Positions 56,901 to 64,000 of a stretch of DNA of 64,000 bases are shown piece after piece. Source of the stretch: Vicinamibacteria bacterium (lineage in GTDB: Bacteria; Acidobacteriota; Vicinamibacteria; Marinacidobacterales; Marinacidobacteraceae); contig OZ241322.1 of the NCBI GenBank assembly GCA_965199715.1, forward strand, positions 1,536,001-1,600,000, given 5' to 3'. The notes under the pieces are model-generated. The model saw only the letters and a list, made by a program, of their open reading frames with translations. It ran no database searches and was not told the DNA's origin. The translations under genes and the position numbers were made by a program. Within the stretch, counting starts at the first letter, position 1, and every line of letters starts with the position of its first letter.

Positions 56901-57916
56901 GAAGTCACCCGGACGCTGGTCTCGATGTAGCGATCCAGCGAGCGCAGGGCCTCGCCGTTCGCCAGAAGCTCGCGTGCGGACGCCACCCCGGCCCCGAGGT
57001 CGGGCGCGAGGCCGGCCGCCGCGATCGCGGCGGCCGCGTTCAGCGCCACCACGTCCCGGCGCGGCCCCTGATCGGCCCCCGAGAGGACGCCCCGGAGGAT
57101 CTCGGCGTTCTCCTTCGCGCTTCCGCCGGCCAGCGCCGAAATCGGCGCCTCCTTGAATCCGAAGTCGCCGGGGCGCGCCTCGAACTCGTGGATCGCGCCG
57201 CCCTCGACCCGGTGCCCCCGGGTGGTTCCGTGGAGGCCGATCTCGTCCAGGCCGTCGCAGTGGACGACGAGCGCCGAGGCGCAACCCAGTTCGAGCAGGG
57301 CTCCGGCCACGACCTCGGTCAGGTCGGGGTGATAGACCCCGACGAGCTGGCTGTCGGCGAGCGCCGGGTTCGCGAGCGGTCCGAGCACGTTGAACACGGT
57401 GCGGACGCCGAGCGCCCGGCGCACCGGCGCCACGTGCGCCATGGCCGGGTGGAAGGCCGGCGCGAAGAGGAAGACGAATCCGGTCGAGTCGAGGATGCGG
57501 ACGGCCTGCTCCGGGTTCAGGTGGAGCGGGGCGCCGCACGCCTCCAGCACGTCGGCGCTTCCGGTCATCGAGGAGACGCTGCGGTTGCCGTGCTTCGCGA
57601 CGGCGCCGCCCGCGGCGGCCACCACGAACGCCGACGCGGTCGAGATGTTGAAGGTGCCGCTGCGATCCCCCCCGGTGCCGCAGGTATCCACCAGCGGGCG
57701 CACCGCGGAGGTCACCGCCTTGCGGTGGCTGCGCATGACCCGGGCGCAGGCGGCGAGCGTGCCGGCGTCCGGCTCGCGGACGCGCAGCGCGACGAGCAGC
57801 GCGGCGGTTTCGACGGCGTCGCCCTCGCCCGACAGGATGCGGTGCAGCGCGGCCTCGAGGGCGGCGGACTCGGCGGATTGGCCGGCGAGAAGGGCTTCGA
57901 GAAGGTTGGCGATCAC
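56897..57916 (-). CDS. trpD: anthranilate phosphoribosyltransferase
   Basis: DTCGTGGD, FNIST, KHGNRSVSS, FHPAM, FNVLGPLANP, GLDEI; SD AAGGAG. Confidence 0.95.
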   Translation of the reverse strand: MIANLLEALLAGQSAESAALEAALHRILSGEGDAVETAALLVALRVREPDAGTLAACARVMRSHRKAVTSAVRPLVDTCGTGGDRSGTFNISTASAFVVAAAGGAVAKHGNRSVSSMTGSADVLEACGAPLHLNPEQAVRILDSTGFVFLFAPAFHPAMAHVAPVRRALGVRTVFNVLGPLANPALADSQLVGVYHPDLTEVVAGALLELGCASALVVHCDGLDEIGLHGTTRGHRVEGGAIHEFEARPGDFGFKEAPISALAGGSAKENAEILRGVLSGADQGPRRDVVALNAAAAIAAAGLAPDLGAGVASARELLANGEALRSLDRYIETSVRVTS

Positions 57917-57925
57917 GGGAAGGGA

Positions 57926-58121
57926 CTCCTTGCGACGACTCGGGAGGGGGCGGCCGCCGGGTTGGTCGATGCTCGGGGCGGCCGCGGTCGGCGGCTCGGC
58001 TGGGCCGGAACTTCAGCCGACGGGAGAAAAGCGGGGGCGCATCCGGGGGCCCCGCCATCGAAATCGCTCGGCGGGGGCGGGGTACCGGGTCGTCATGGTC
58101 ACGCGTCGGGACGAGATTCTA
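57926..58121 (-). promoter_or_regulatory. trp operon leader: -10 TAGAAT, 27-aa aromatic uORF (58013-58096) and hairpins; putative attenuator
   Basis: MTTRYPAPAERFRWRGPRMRPRFSPVG*; inverted repeats 57996-58002/58014-58020 and 57950-57958/57977-57985. Confidence 0.5.
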
Positions 58122-58152
58122 AGCGAGCGTCGATCCGTACAATGGGCTGACG

Positions 58153-59673
58153 ATGCGGAAAGCCTTCGGAGCGGCGCTTCTCCTTGCTTGCGGGAGTCCC
58201 CCGCCGGAACCGGCGCTCTCGGTCGTCGAGCTGGATATCGCGGGGATCCACGCGGGGCTGGCGGCCGGCGACTTCCGCTGCTCCGAACTCGTCGCCGCCT
58301 ACCTCGCCCGGATCGAGGCCTACGACCGGCAGGGTCCCACGCTGAGCGCGATCGTGGCGGTGAACCCGCAGGCCGAATCGCGCGCCCGAAAGGCGGACGA
58401 GCGCATCGCCCGGGACGGGATCGCCCGCCCGCTCGAGTGCGTGCCGATGATCGTGAAGGACAACTACGACACGGCGGACATGCCCACGACCGCCGGTTCG
58501 GCCTCGCTCGCCGCGTCCGTTCCGCCGGACGACGCCTTCCAGGTGCGGCGGATCCGGGAAGCCGGGGCCATCGTGCTGGCCAAGTCGAACATGGCGGAGT
58601 TCGCGTTCAGCCCGAACGAGAGCCTCGGGTCGGTGGTGCCCGGGCACACCCGCAACCCCTACGACCCCCGCCGCGTGCCCGCCGGCTCCTCGGGCGGCAC
58701 CGCGGCCGCGGTCGCGGCCAGCTTCGGCGCGGTCGGGCTGGGCACCGACACCGGGAACTCGATCCGCGGCCCGTCCTCGCACGCGGCGCTCGTCGGAATC
58801 CGCTCCACGATGGGGATCACGAGCCGCGACGGGATCGTGCCGCTGAACCTGTTCCGCGACGTCGGCGGGCCGATGGCGCGCACCGTCGAGGACGCGGTGC
58901 GGGTGTTCGACGTGATCGCGGGGCCGGATCCGGCGGATCCCGCCACCGAGGGCTTCGAACGCGACGAGGACTACCGGACGGCGCTCGACGCCGCGCCGCT
59001 CGACGGGATGCGGATCGGCGCGGTCCGGCAGCTCTCGGACGTGGAGACCGCCGATCCCGAAATCCTCGCGCTCTTCGAGGCGGCGCTCGCGGACCTCGCG
59101 GCGCTCGGGGCCGAGATCGTGGGTCCGGTCGTGATCCCGATGCTGGACGAGGAGCGCAGCCTGTGGTGCAACCCGTTCAAGGCGCACCTCGAGGCGTATC
59201 TCATGAGCCTCGGGCCGGACGCGCCGGTGCGGACGCTCGCCGAAATCGTGGAGGGCGGCGACTTCCACCCGTCCATCGAGGGACGGCTCGAAACGGCGCT
59301 CGAGGTCGAGGAAGCGCCGGAGAACGGCTGCGCCGACGCCATGGCGGGAGCCGACGCGCTGCGCGCCGAGGTCGAGGCGGCCTTCGCCGGCGACGGGCTG
59401 ACCGCGCTCGCGTACCCCACGTGGAGCAACCCGCCGCGGATGCTCGGGGATCTCGTGACTCCGGGCGGAAACAACTCGTACCAGTTGTCGCCGCCGACCG
59501 GCTTCCCTGCGGTCACCGTTCCGATGGGGTTCACGGGCGACGGACTGCCCGGCGGGCTGCAATTGCTCGGGCGGGCGCGGCAGGAGGCGGCGCTGATCCG
59601 GCTCGCCTTCGCGTTCGAGCAGGCCACGCTCCACCGCCGGCCGCCGCCGACCACGCCGGAACTCGCGCCGTGA
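58153..59673 (+). CDS. amidase signature family lipoprotein
   Basis: LLAC lipobox, VKDN, AGSSGG, GTDTGNSIRGP. Confidence 0.9.
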   Translation: MRKAFGAALLLACGSPPPEPALSVVELDIAGIHAGLAAGDFRCSELVAAYLARIEAYDRQGPTLSAIVAVNPQAESRARKADERIARDGIARPLECVPMIVKDNYDTADMPTTAGSASLAASVPPDDAFQVRRIREAGAIVLAKSNMAEFAFSPNESLGSVVPGHTRNPYDPRRVPAGSSGGTAAAVAASFGAVGLGTDTGNSIRGPSSHAALVGIRSTMGITSRDGIVPLNLFRDVGGPMARTVEDAVRVFDVIAGPDPADPATEGFERDEDYRTALDAAPLDGMRIGAVRQLSDVETADPEILALFEAALADLAALGAEIVGPVVIPMLDEERSLWCNPFKAHLEAYLMSLGPDAPVRTLAEIVEGGDFHPSIEGRLETALEVEEAPENGCADAMAGADALRAEVEAAFAGDGLTALAYPTWSNPPRMLGDLVTPGGNNSYQLSPPTGFPAVTVPMGFTGDGLPGGLQLLGRARQEAALIRLAFAFEQATLHRRPPPTTPELAP

Positions 59674-59702
59674 CCGCCTAAACTCACGGCGCACATTTCC
59701 CC

Positions 59703-59984
59703 ATGCCGATCTACGAATACGAGTGCGCGGCGTGCGACCGGACCTTCGAGGCGCTCCAGCGGGTCAGCGACGCGCCGATCGAGACCTGCCGCCATTGCGG
59801 CGGCGCCGCCAGCCGCATGATCTCGTCGCCCGCGATCCAATTCGTGGGAAGCGGTTGGTATGTGACCGACTACGCGCGCAAGGGCGCGGCGAAGAAGGAC
59901 GGCGCCCATGGTTCCAGCAAGAAGGACGGCGCTTCCGGCACGGCGGCCAAGGAAACGGCGAAGCCCGCGGCGGCGGCTTCCTGA
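59703..59984 (+). CDS. FmdB family zinc ribbon protein
   Basis: MPIYEYECAAC..CRHCGG..FVGSGWYVTDY. Confidence 0.9.
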   Translation: MPIYEYECAACDRTFEALQRVSDAPIETCRHCGGAASRMISSPAIQFVGSGWYVTDYARKGAAKKDGAHGSSKKDGASGTAAKETAKPAAAAS

Positions 59985-60861
59985 GCTGCTGCTCGCGCTG
60001 GCGCTCGCTCCCCTGGGCGCGGCCGCGCAGGCTCCCGAGTGCGAGGCCGCCTTCCAGGCCGCCGACTGGCCGCAGGCGATCCTGAGCTGCCGGGCGGCGC
60101 TCGCCGACGAGCCCGACTCCTTCGGCGTCCGCTACTTCCTCGCCTACGCCCATCAGGGGGCGGGCGAATGGAGCGCGGCCGCGGCCGCATTCGAGGAGTT
60201 CCTCGCCCGCGTCGAGAAGGATCCGGAAGCCATGGAGCGGATGGGCGAGCAGGTCGGTTTCGCGGTCCGCAGCGCCGGGGTGGCGCGCGCCCGCTCCGGC
60301 GAATTCGACGCCGCGGCCCCGTGGCTGCGGCGCGCGGCGGAGGCGACCCCCGAGGACGCCGAAGTGGCCTTCTGGCTCGGGTACGGACTTCAGGACCGGG
60401 AGCCGGACGAGGCGGAGGCCGCGTTCCGGACCGTCGTGGAGCGCGCCCCCGACGTGGCCGAGGCGCTCTTCCTGCTTGGGCGGCTCCGCTTCCGCGCCGA
60501 CGACTCCGCGGAGGCGGAGGCGCTCCTCGGCCGCTATCTCGCCGCCGATCCGGCGGGAGCGTTCGCCGGCGAGGCCCATTGGATGGCCGCCTCGCTCGCG
60601 CTGCGGGACGAGGCGGCGACGGCTCGGGCGGCGGCGCACTTCGCCGGCTTCCTCGAGGCGGGCGGCGGGGGCTCCCGCGCCGCCGCCGCCCACTACTTCC
60701 TCGGCGATCTCGCAGCGGAAGCGGACGACTGCGCCGGCGCGATCGAGCACTACCGCCGCTTCGTGGAGCTTGTCCCCGACGACCCCCGGGTTTCCGAGGT
60801 GGATGAGTACGTCGCGGCGACGGCGGCCGGCTGCGAGCCGGGTACCATCGGGTTCCGGTGA
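59908..60861 (+). CDS. secreted TPR protein (Cx15C family, copy 1; start uncertain)
   Basis: hydrophobic signal LLLALALAPLGAAAQ, TPR units, Cys pairs. Confidence 0.75.
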   Translation: MVPARRTALPARRPRKRRSPRRRLPELLLALALAPLGAAAQAPECEAAFQAADWPQAILSCRAALADEPDSFGVRYFLAYAHQGAGEWSAAAAAFEEFLARVEKDPEAMERMGEQVGFAVRSAGVARARSGEFDAAAPWLRRAAEATPEDAEVAFWLGYGLQDREPDEAEAAFRTVVERAPDVAEALFLLGRLRFRADDSAEAEALLGRYLAADPAGAFAGEAHWMAASLALRDEAATARAAAHFAGFLEAGGGGSRAAAAHYFLGDLAAEADDCAGAIEHYRRFVELVPDDPRVSEVDEYVAATAAGCEPGTIGFR

Positions 60862-61571
60862 CTCGATTCCTGATCCTGGCCGCGTTGCTCGCCGCCGCGC
60901 CGGCGCTGCCCCAAAACGCCGCGTCCCGGTGCCAGCGCGCCATCAATCTCCAAGAGCCGGCGGCCGTCCTCGCATCCTGTCCCGCCGGTCTCGACATGCT
61001 CCCCGCCCGGCATCCCTGGGAGCGGTCGTTCCGCGTGAGCCTCCAGTGGGCGCGGGAGATCGCGTGCCCCGAGGCGGTGGCGGCCGACGACCAGGCGGCG
61101 GTCGTCGCGCACTGCGCTCCCCTCCTCGCCAGCGCTCCGGAGTGGGCGCGCTTCGCGTTTCCGCTCGGGCGCGCCTGGGCGGAGCGGGGGGAATGGGAGC
61201 GCGCCGCCGAGGTCGCGGAGCGGACCGCCGGGAATCCGGACGTCCACTACTACCGCGCACGGGCCGCGATCCTCCGGGGCGACGGCGAGCGCGCCCGCGC
61301 CGAGCTGCGGCGCTACGTGGAGCTGCTTCCGGACGGGGAGTTCGCCGCCGATGCGCACTGGCGGCTTGCGGACCTTCGCGGCTTCGTCCGGGCGGCGGCC
61401 TCCCGCGACCCGCGCCTGCGGGAGGCGTTCTTCCGGCTCGGGAGCGCGGAGGCGGCGGCCGGGAACTGCGAGGCGGCGAATTCGTGGTTCGAGCGGTTCG
61501 CGGCGCGGGCGCCGGACGACCCGAGGAACGCGGACGTTCCCGACCTGATCGCGGAGTGCGCGGCCCCGTAG
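60858..61571 (+). CDS. secreted TPR protein (Cx15C family, copy 2)
   Basis: signal peptide, two Cx15C units, TPRs; GTGA overlap. Confidence 0.78.
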   Translation: MTRFLILAALLAAAPALPQNAASRCQRAINLQEPAAVLASCPAGLDMLPARHPWERSFRVSLQWAREIACPEAVAADDQAAVVAHCAPLLASAPEWARFAFPLGRAWAERGEWERAAEVAERTAGNPDVHYYRARAAILRGDGERARAELRRYVELLPDGEFAADAHWRLADLRGFVRAAASRDPRLREAFFRLGSAEAAAGNCEAANSWFERFAARAPDDPRNADVPDLIAECAAP

Positions 61572-61626
61572 CGGCGGCCCGCAGTGTGCTAGTTTTTTTC
61601 CGCCGCCCGTGCAGGAGACCCTCATC

Positions 61627-62673
61627 ATGTTCATCCGCTTGCCGCTGACGGCGGCCTTGCTTGTTCTCGGCGTCCTCGCCGCCGCCCCGGCCGCCGCGCA
61701 GGACGTGGATCCCGAGAAGGCCGCGGCCTGCCTGCAAGCCGTGGACGGCGCCGACTACGCCGCGGTGCTGGAGGCGTGCCCCGAGGTTCTGGAGACGCTT
61801 CCCGAGGACCATCCGTACTACGCCCACTGGTCGCAGACGGTGCAGTACGCCTACAGCCTGCAGTGCGAGCCGGCCGCCGAGGCCCAGCAGTGGGATTCGG
61901 TGATCGCGTATTGCGAGATGGCCGTAGCCGCCAATCCGAACGCGTTCATCCTCAACTACTACCTCGGCCTCGCGTACCAGACCAAGCAGGACTGGACGAA
62001 CTCGGCGGTGAACTTCTCGGCGTTCCTCGACGGGGTCCGGGGGTCGGGATCGGCCGGGCAGCTCTCCCAGCAGATTCAGGTGGCGCAGCGGTCGGGCGGC
62101 ATCGCGTACGCACGGGTGAACGCGATGCAGGACGCGATTCCGCTGCTGCGCGCCGCGGCGCAGGCCAACGGGACCGACGTGGAAGTGCATTTCCGGCTGG
62201 GATTCGCGCTGCTCAGCACCGGCGAGAGCGCCGCCGCCGAGCAGGCGCTCACGGTGGTGATCGACAACGCTCCCCAGCCGATTCCGGCGGTCCTGTTCCT
62301 CGCCGGGCAGCTCAACTACAACTCCGGGGAATACGCGAAGGCCGACGCGCGGCTGAGCGCGTTCCTGTCGGCGGCGCCGGGCGACAACGGGGCCCCCGAT
62401 GCCCACTACATGCTGGCGCAGGCGCTCCAGGGGTCGGACGAGGACCGGGCGATCACCCACTACGACGGGTTCCTCGGCGCGGCGCCGGCGGAGGACGCGC
62501 GGGTCGTGGACGCCAACTACGCGCTCGGCACGATCTACTACAACCGCGACGACTGCGCCAACGCGGAGACGCACTACGCGCGTTTCGTCGAGATGGCGCC
62601 CGACCACGCCAACGCCGCGCAGGCGACCGAAGTCCTGACTTCCATCGCCGAAGGTGCCTGCCAGCAGAACTGA
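61627..62673 (+). CDS. secreted TPR protein (Cx15C family, copy 3)
   Basis: SD AGGAG, signal AAAQ, two Cx15C units, TPRs. Confidence 0.85.
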   Translation: MFIRLPLTAALLVLGVLAAAPAAAQDVDPEKAAACLQAVDGADYAAVLEACPEVLETLPEDHPYYAHWSQTVQYAYSLQCEPAAEAQQWDSVIAYCEMAVAANPNAFILNYYLGLAYQTKQDWTNSAVNFSAFLDGVRGSGSAGQLSQQIQVAQRSGGIAYARVNAMQDAIPLLRAAAQANGTDVEVHFRLGFALLSTGESAAAEQALTVVIDNAPQPIPAVLFLAGQLNYNSGEYAKADARLSAFLSAAPGDNGAPDAHYMLAQALQGSDEDRAITHYDGFLGAAPAEDARVVDANYALGTIYYNRDDCANAETHYARFVEMAPDHANAAQATEVLTSIAEGACQQN

Positions 62674-62770
62674 TCGAATCGCGGGAATCCCGACCGGGCT
62701 TCCCGTGGTACTCTCTTTGCTCGCTTTTGCGGGTTGCGGGCGCGTTCCTGCCCCCATCAAGGAGACTCCC

Positions 62771-63865
62771 ATGTCATCTCGGAACCGGAAACGCATCCTC
62801 GCGCCGGGGGTGCTGTTCGGCGCGCTCGGCTTCCTCGTCGGGACCGGCGCTCCGGCGCTGGCCCAGGACGAGGACGATCCGTTCAACCCCTGCATCGAGG
62901 TGGCCGAGGCCCAGGACTGGGACGCGGTGATCGAGGTCTGCCCGGCGCTTCTCGAGGAGCGCGCCGAGGAGGCGAGGGTCCACGAGTCCGGCCAACTGAT
63001 GCGCGACAACGTAGACTACGCCTACCAGGCGCTGTGCACCGCCGCGGCGCAGGCGTCGGACTGGGAGAAGGTGCTGCGAACCTGCGATCCGGCGCTCGAG
63101 GCCTACCCGGATTTCTTCACCTTCCATTTCTTCATCGGGCTCGCGAACGAATCGACCGACAACGGCTCCGCCGCGATCGGTTCCTACCGGGCGTTCCTCG
63201 ACGGGGCCGAAGGCAACCCGGAAATGGCCGCGCAGCTCGGGCAGCAGATCGACCTCGCCGAGCGCAGCACGGCGGGCATCCTGCTCGCGGCGGAGGATCT
63301 GGAGGGCGCGGTTCCCGCGCTCCGCGCAGTCCTCGCCCGCCATCCTGACGACGTGGCCTTCCGCTTCCAGTTGGGTCTCGCGCTCCTGCAAGGCGGCGAC
63401 GACGCCGGCGCCGAGACGGAGTTCGCCATGCTCGTGGAGCAGGGCGCCGACATCCCGCAGCTTTCGTTCGCCGCCTTCCGGGCCGGGGTCATCAACTTCA
63501 ACGCCCAGAACTTCGACAAGGCGGGCATGCAGCTCGCGAAGTACGTCGAGCTGGAGCCGGAGGGGAACCAGATCACCGAGGCCCGGTGGATGCTCGGCTC
63601 GATCGCGCTCCGGAACGAGGACGACGGCGAGACGATGGCGCACTTCGAGGCGTTCCTCGAGACGGTCGAGGACGGCGACCCCCGGGCCGCGCTCGCCAAC
63701 TACTCGCTCGGGACCATCGCCTTCGGGCGGGTCCAGTGCAACACCGCCCAGCGGTACTACCGGCGCTTCCTCCAGTTGGCGCCCCGGAACGATCCGCAGC
63801 GCGGCGAGGTGAACGAACTCCTCCTCGACATCGAGGACGGGGTCTGCGAGCCCGGTCTCCGGTAA
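62771..63865 (+). CDS. secreted TPR protein (Cx15C family, copy 4)
   Basis: SD AAGGAG, signal ALAQ, two Cx15C units, TPRs. Confidence 0.85.
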   Translation: MSSRNRKRILAPGVLFGALGFLVGTGAPALAQDEDDPFNPCIEVAEAQDWDAVIEVCPALLEERAEEARVHESGQLMRDNVDYAYQALCTAAAQASDWEKVLRTCDPALEAYPDFFTFHFFIGLANESTDNGSAAIGSYRAFLDGAEGNPEMAAQLGQQIDLAERSTAGILLAAEDLEGAVPALRAVLARHPDDVAFRFQLGLALLQGGDDAGAETEFAMLVEQGADIPQLSFAAFRAGVINFNAQNFDKAGMQLAKYVELEPEGNQITEARWMLGSIALRNEDDGETMAHFEAFLETVEDGDPRAALANYSLGTIAFGRVQCNTAQRYYRRFLQLAPRNDPQRGEVNELLLDIEDGVCEPGLR

Positions 63866-63874
63866 GGGGGCCGG

Positions 63875-64000
63875 TCAGGCCGGCGGCGGATCGGTCAGGA
63901 AAGTCGGGATCTCGATGTCCGCCAGCCGGTCGCGCTCGGTGATCCACAGCTTGGCCAGCCGGGCGTTCAGCCAGCGGAGCTCGTCGAGCGAATAGCGGCG
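63875..64000 (-). CDS. 3' end of an unidentified gene running off the window
   Basis: RRYSLDELRWLNARLAKLWITERDRLADIEIPTFLTDPPPA* with high-GC3 codon usage. Confidence 0.5.
   Translation of the reverse strand, partial: RRYSLDELRWLNARLAKLWITERDRLADIEIPTFLTDPPPA

Noticed and set aside
1-64000. Many long Arg/Pro/Gly-rich overlapping or antisense ORFs (e.g. 14980-18693, 46132-49278, 6290-9148)
   Set aside because: Shadow frames expected at very high GC; they lack motifs and overlap well-supported genes
1-64000. CRISPR array, tRNA/rRNA, integrase or transposase
   Set aside because: No regularly spaced direct repeats, RNA gene signatures or recombinase motifs were recognised by eye

Overview
Very GC-rich bacterial chromosomal window; the gene content (Oar-type TonB receptor remnant, Rieske/split cytochrome b/multiheme c plus aa3 oxidase cluster) suggests Acidobacteriota, possibly a host-associated lineage (inference). 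It contains a GldFG/DUF4340 export locus, two squalene/phytoene synthase paralogs, a Tat-hitchhiking GMC oxidoreductase, a type III restriction-modification pair, secreted hydrolases, a tandem array of His-rich ZnuD-like TonB receptors, a decayed defence/TA islet, a respiratory supercluster with an octaheme cytochrome c, trpDCFBA and four tandem secreted TPR proteins. Best leads: (1) two duplicated modules of promoter + secreted HxH/CxxC leader peptide ending in the RAPP ribosome-arrest motif + SD-sequestering hairpin + His-rich TonB receptor; (2) a (GCCC)5 tract that puts the type III mod gene out of frame, a candidate phase-variable switch read in the OFF state; (3) an intact but catalytically degenerate DAHP synthase after trpA; (4) a Cx15C-stapled secreted TPR family; (5) recurring leaderless promoters. 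All calls come from reading motifs by eye; no database searches were run. No rRNA, tRNA, CRISPR array, integrase or transposase was recognised.
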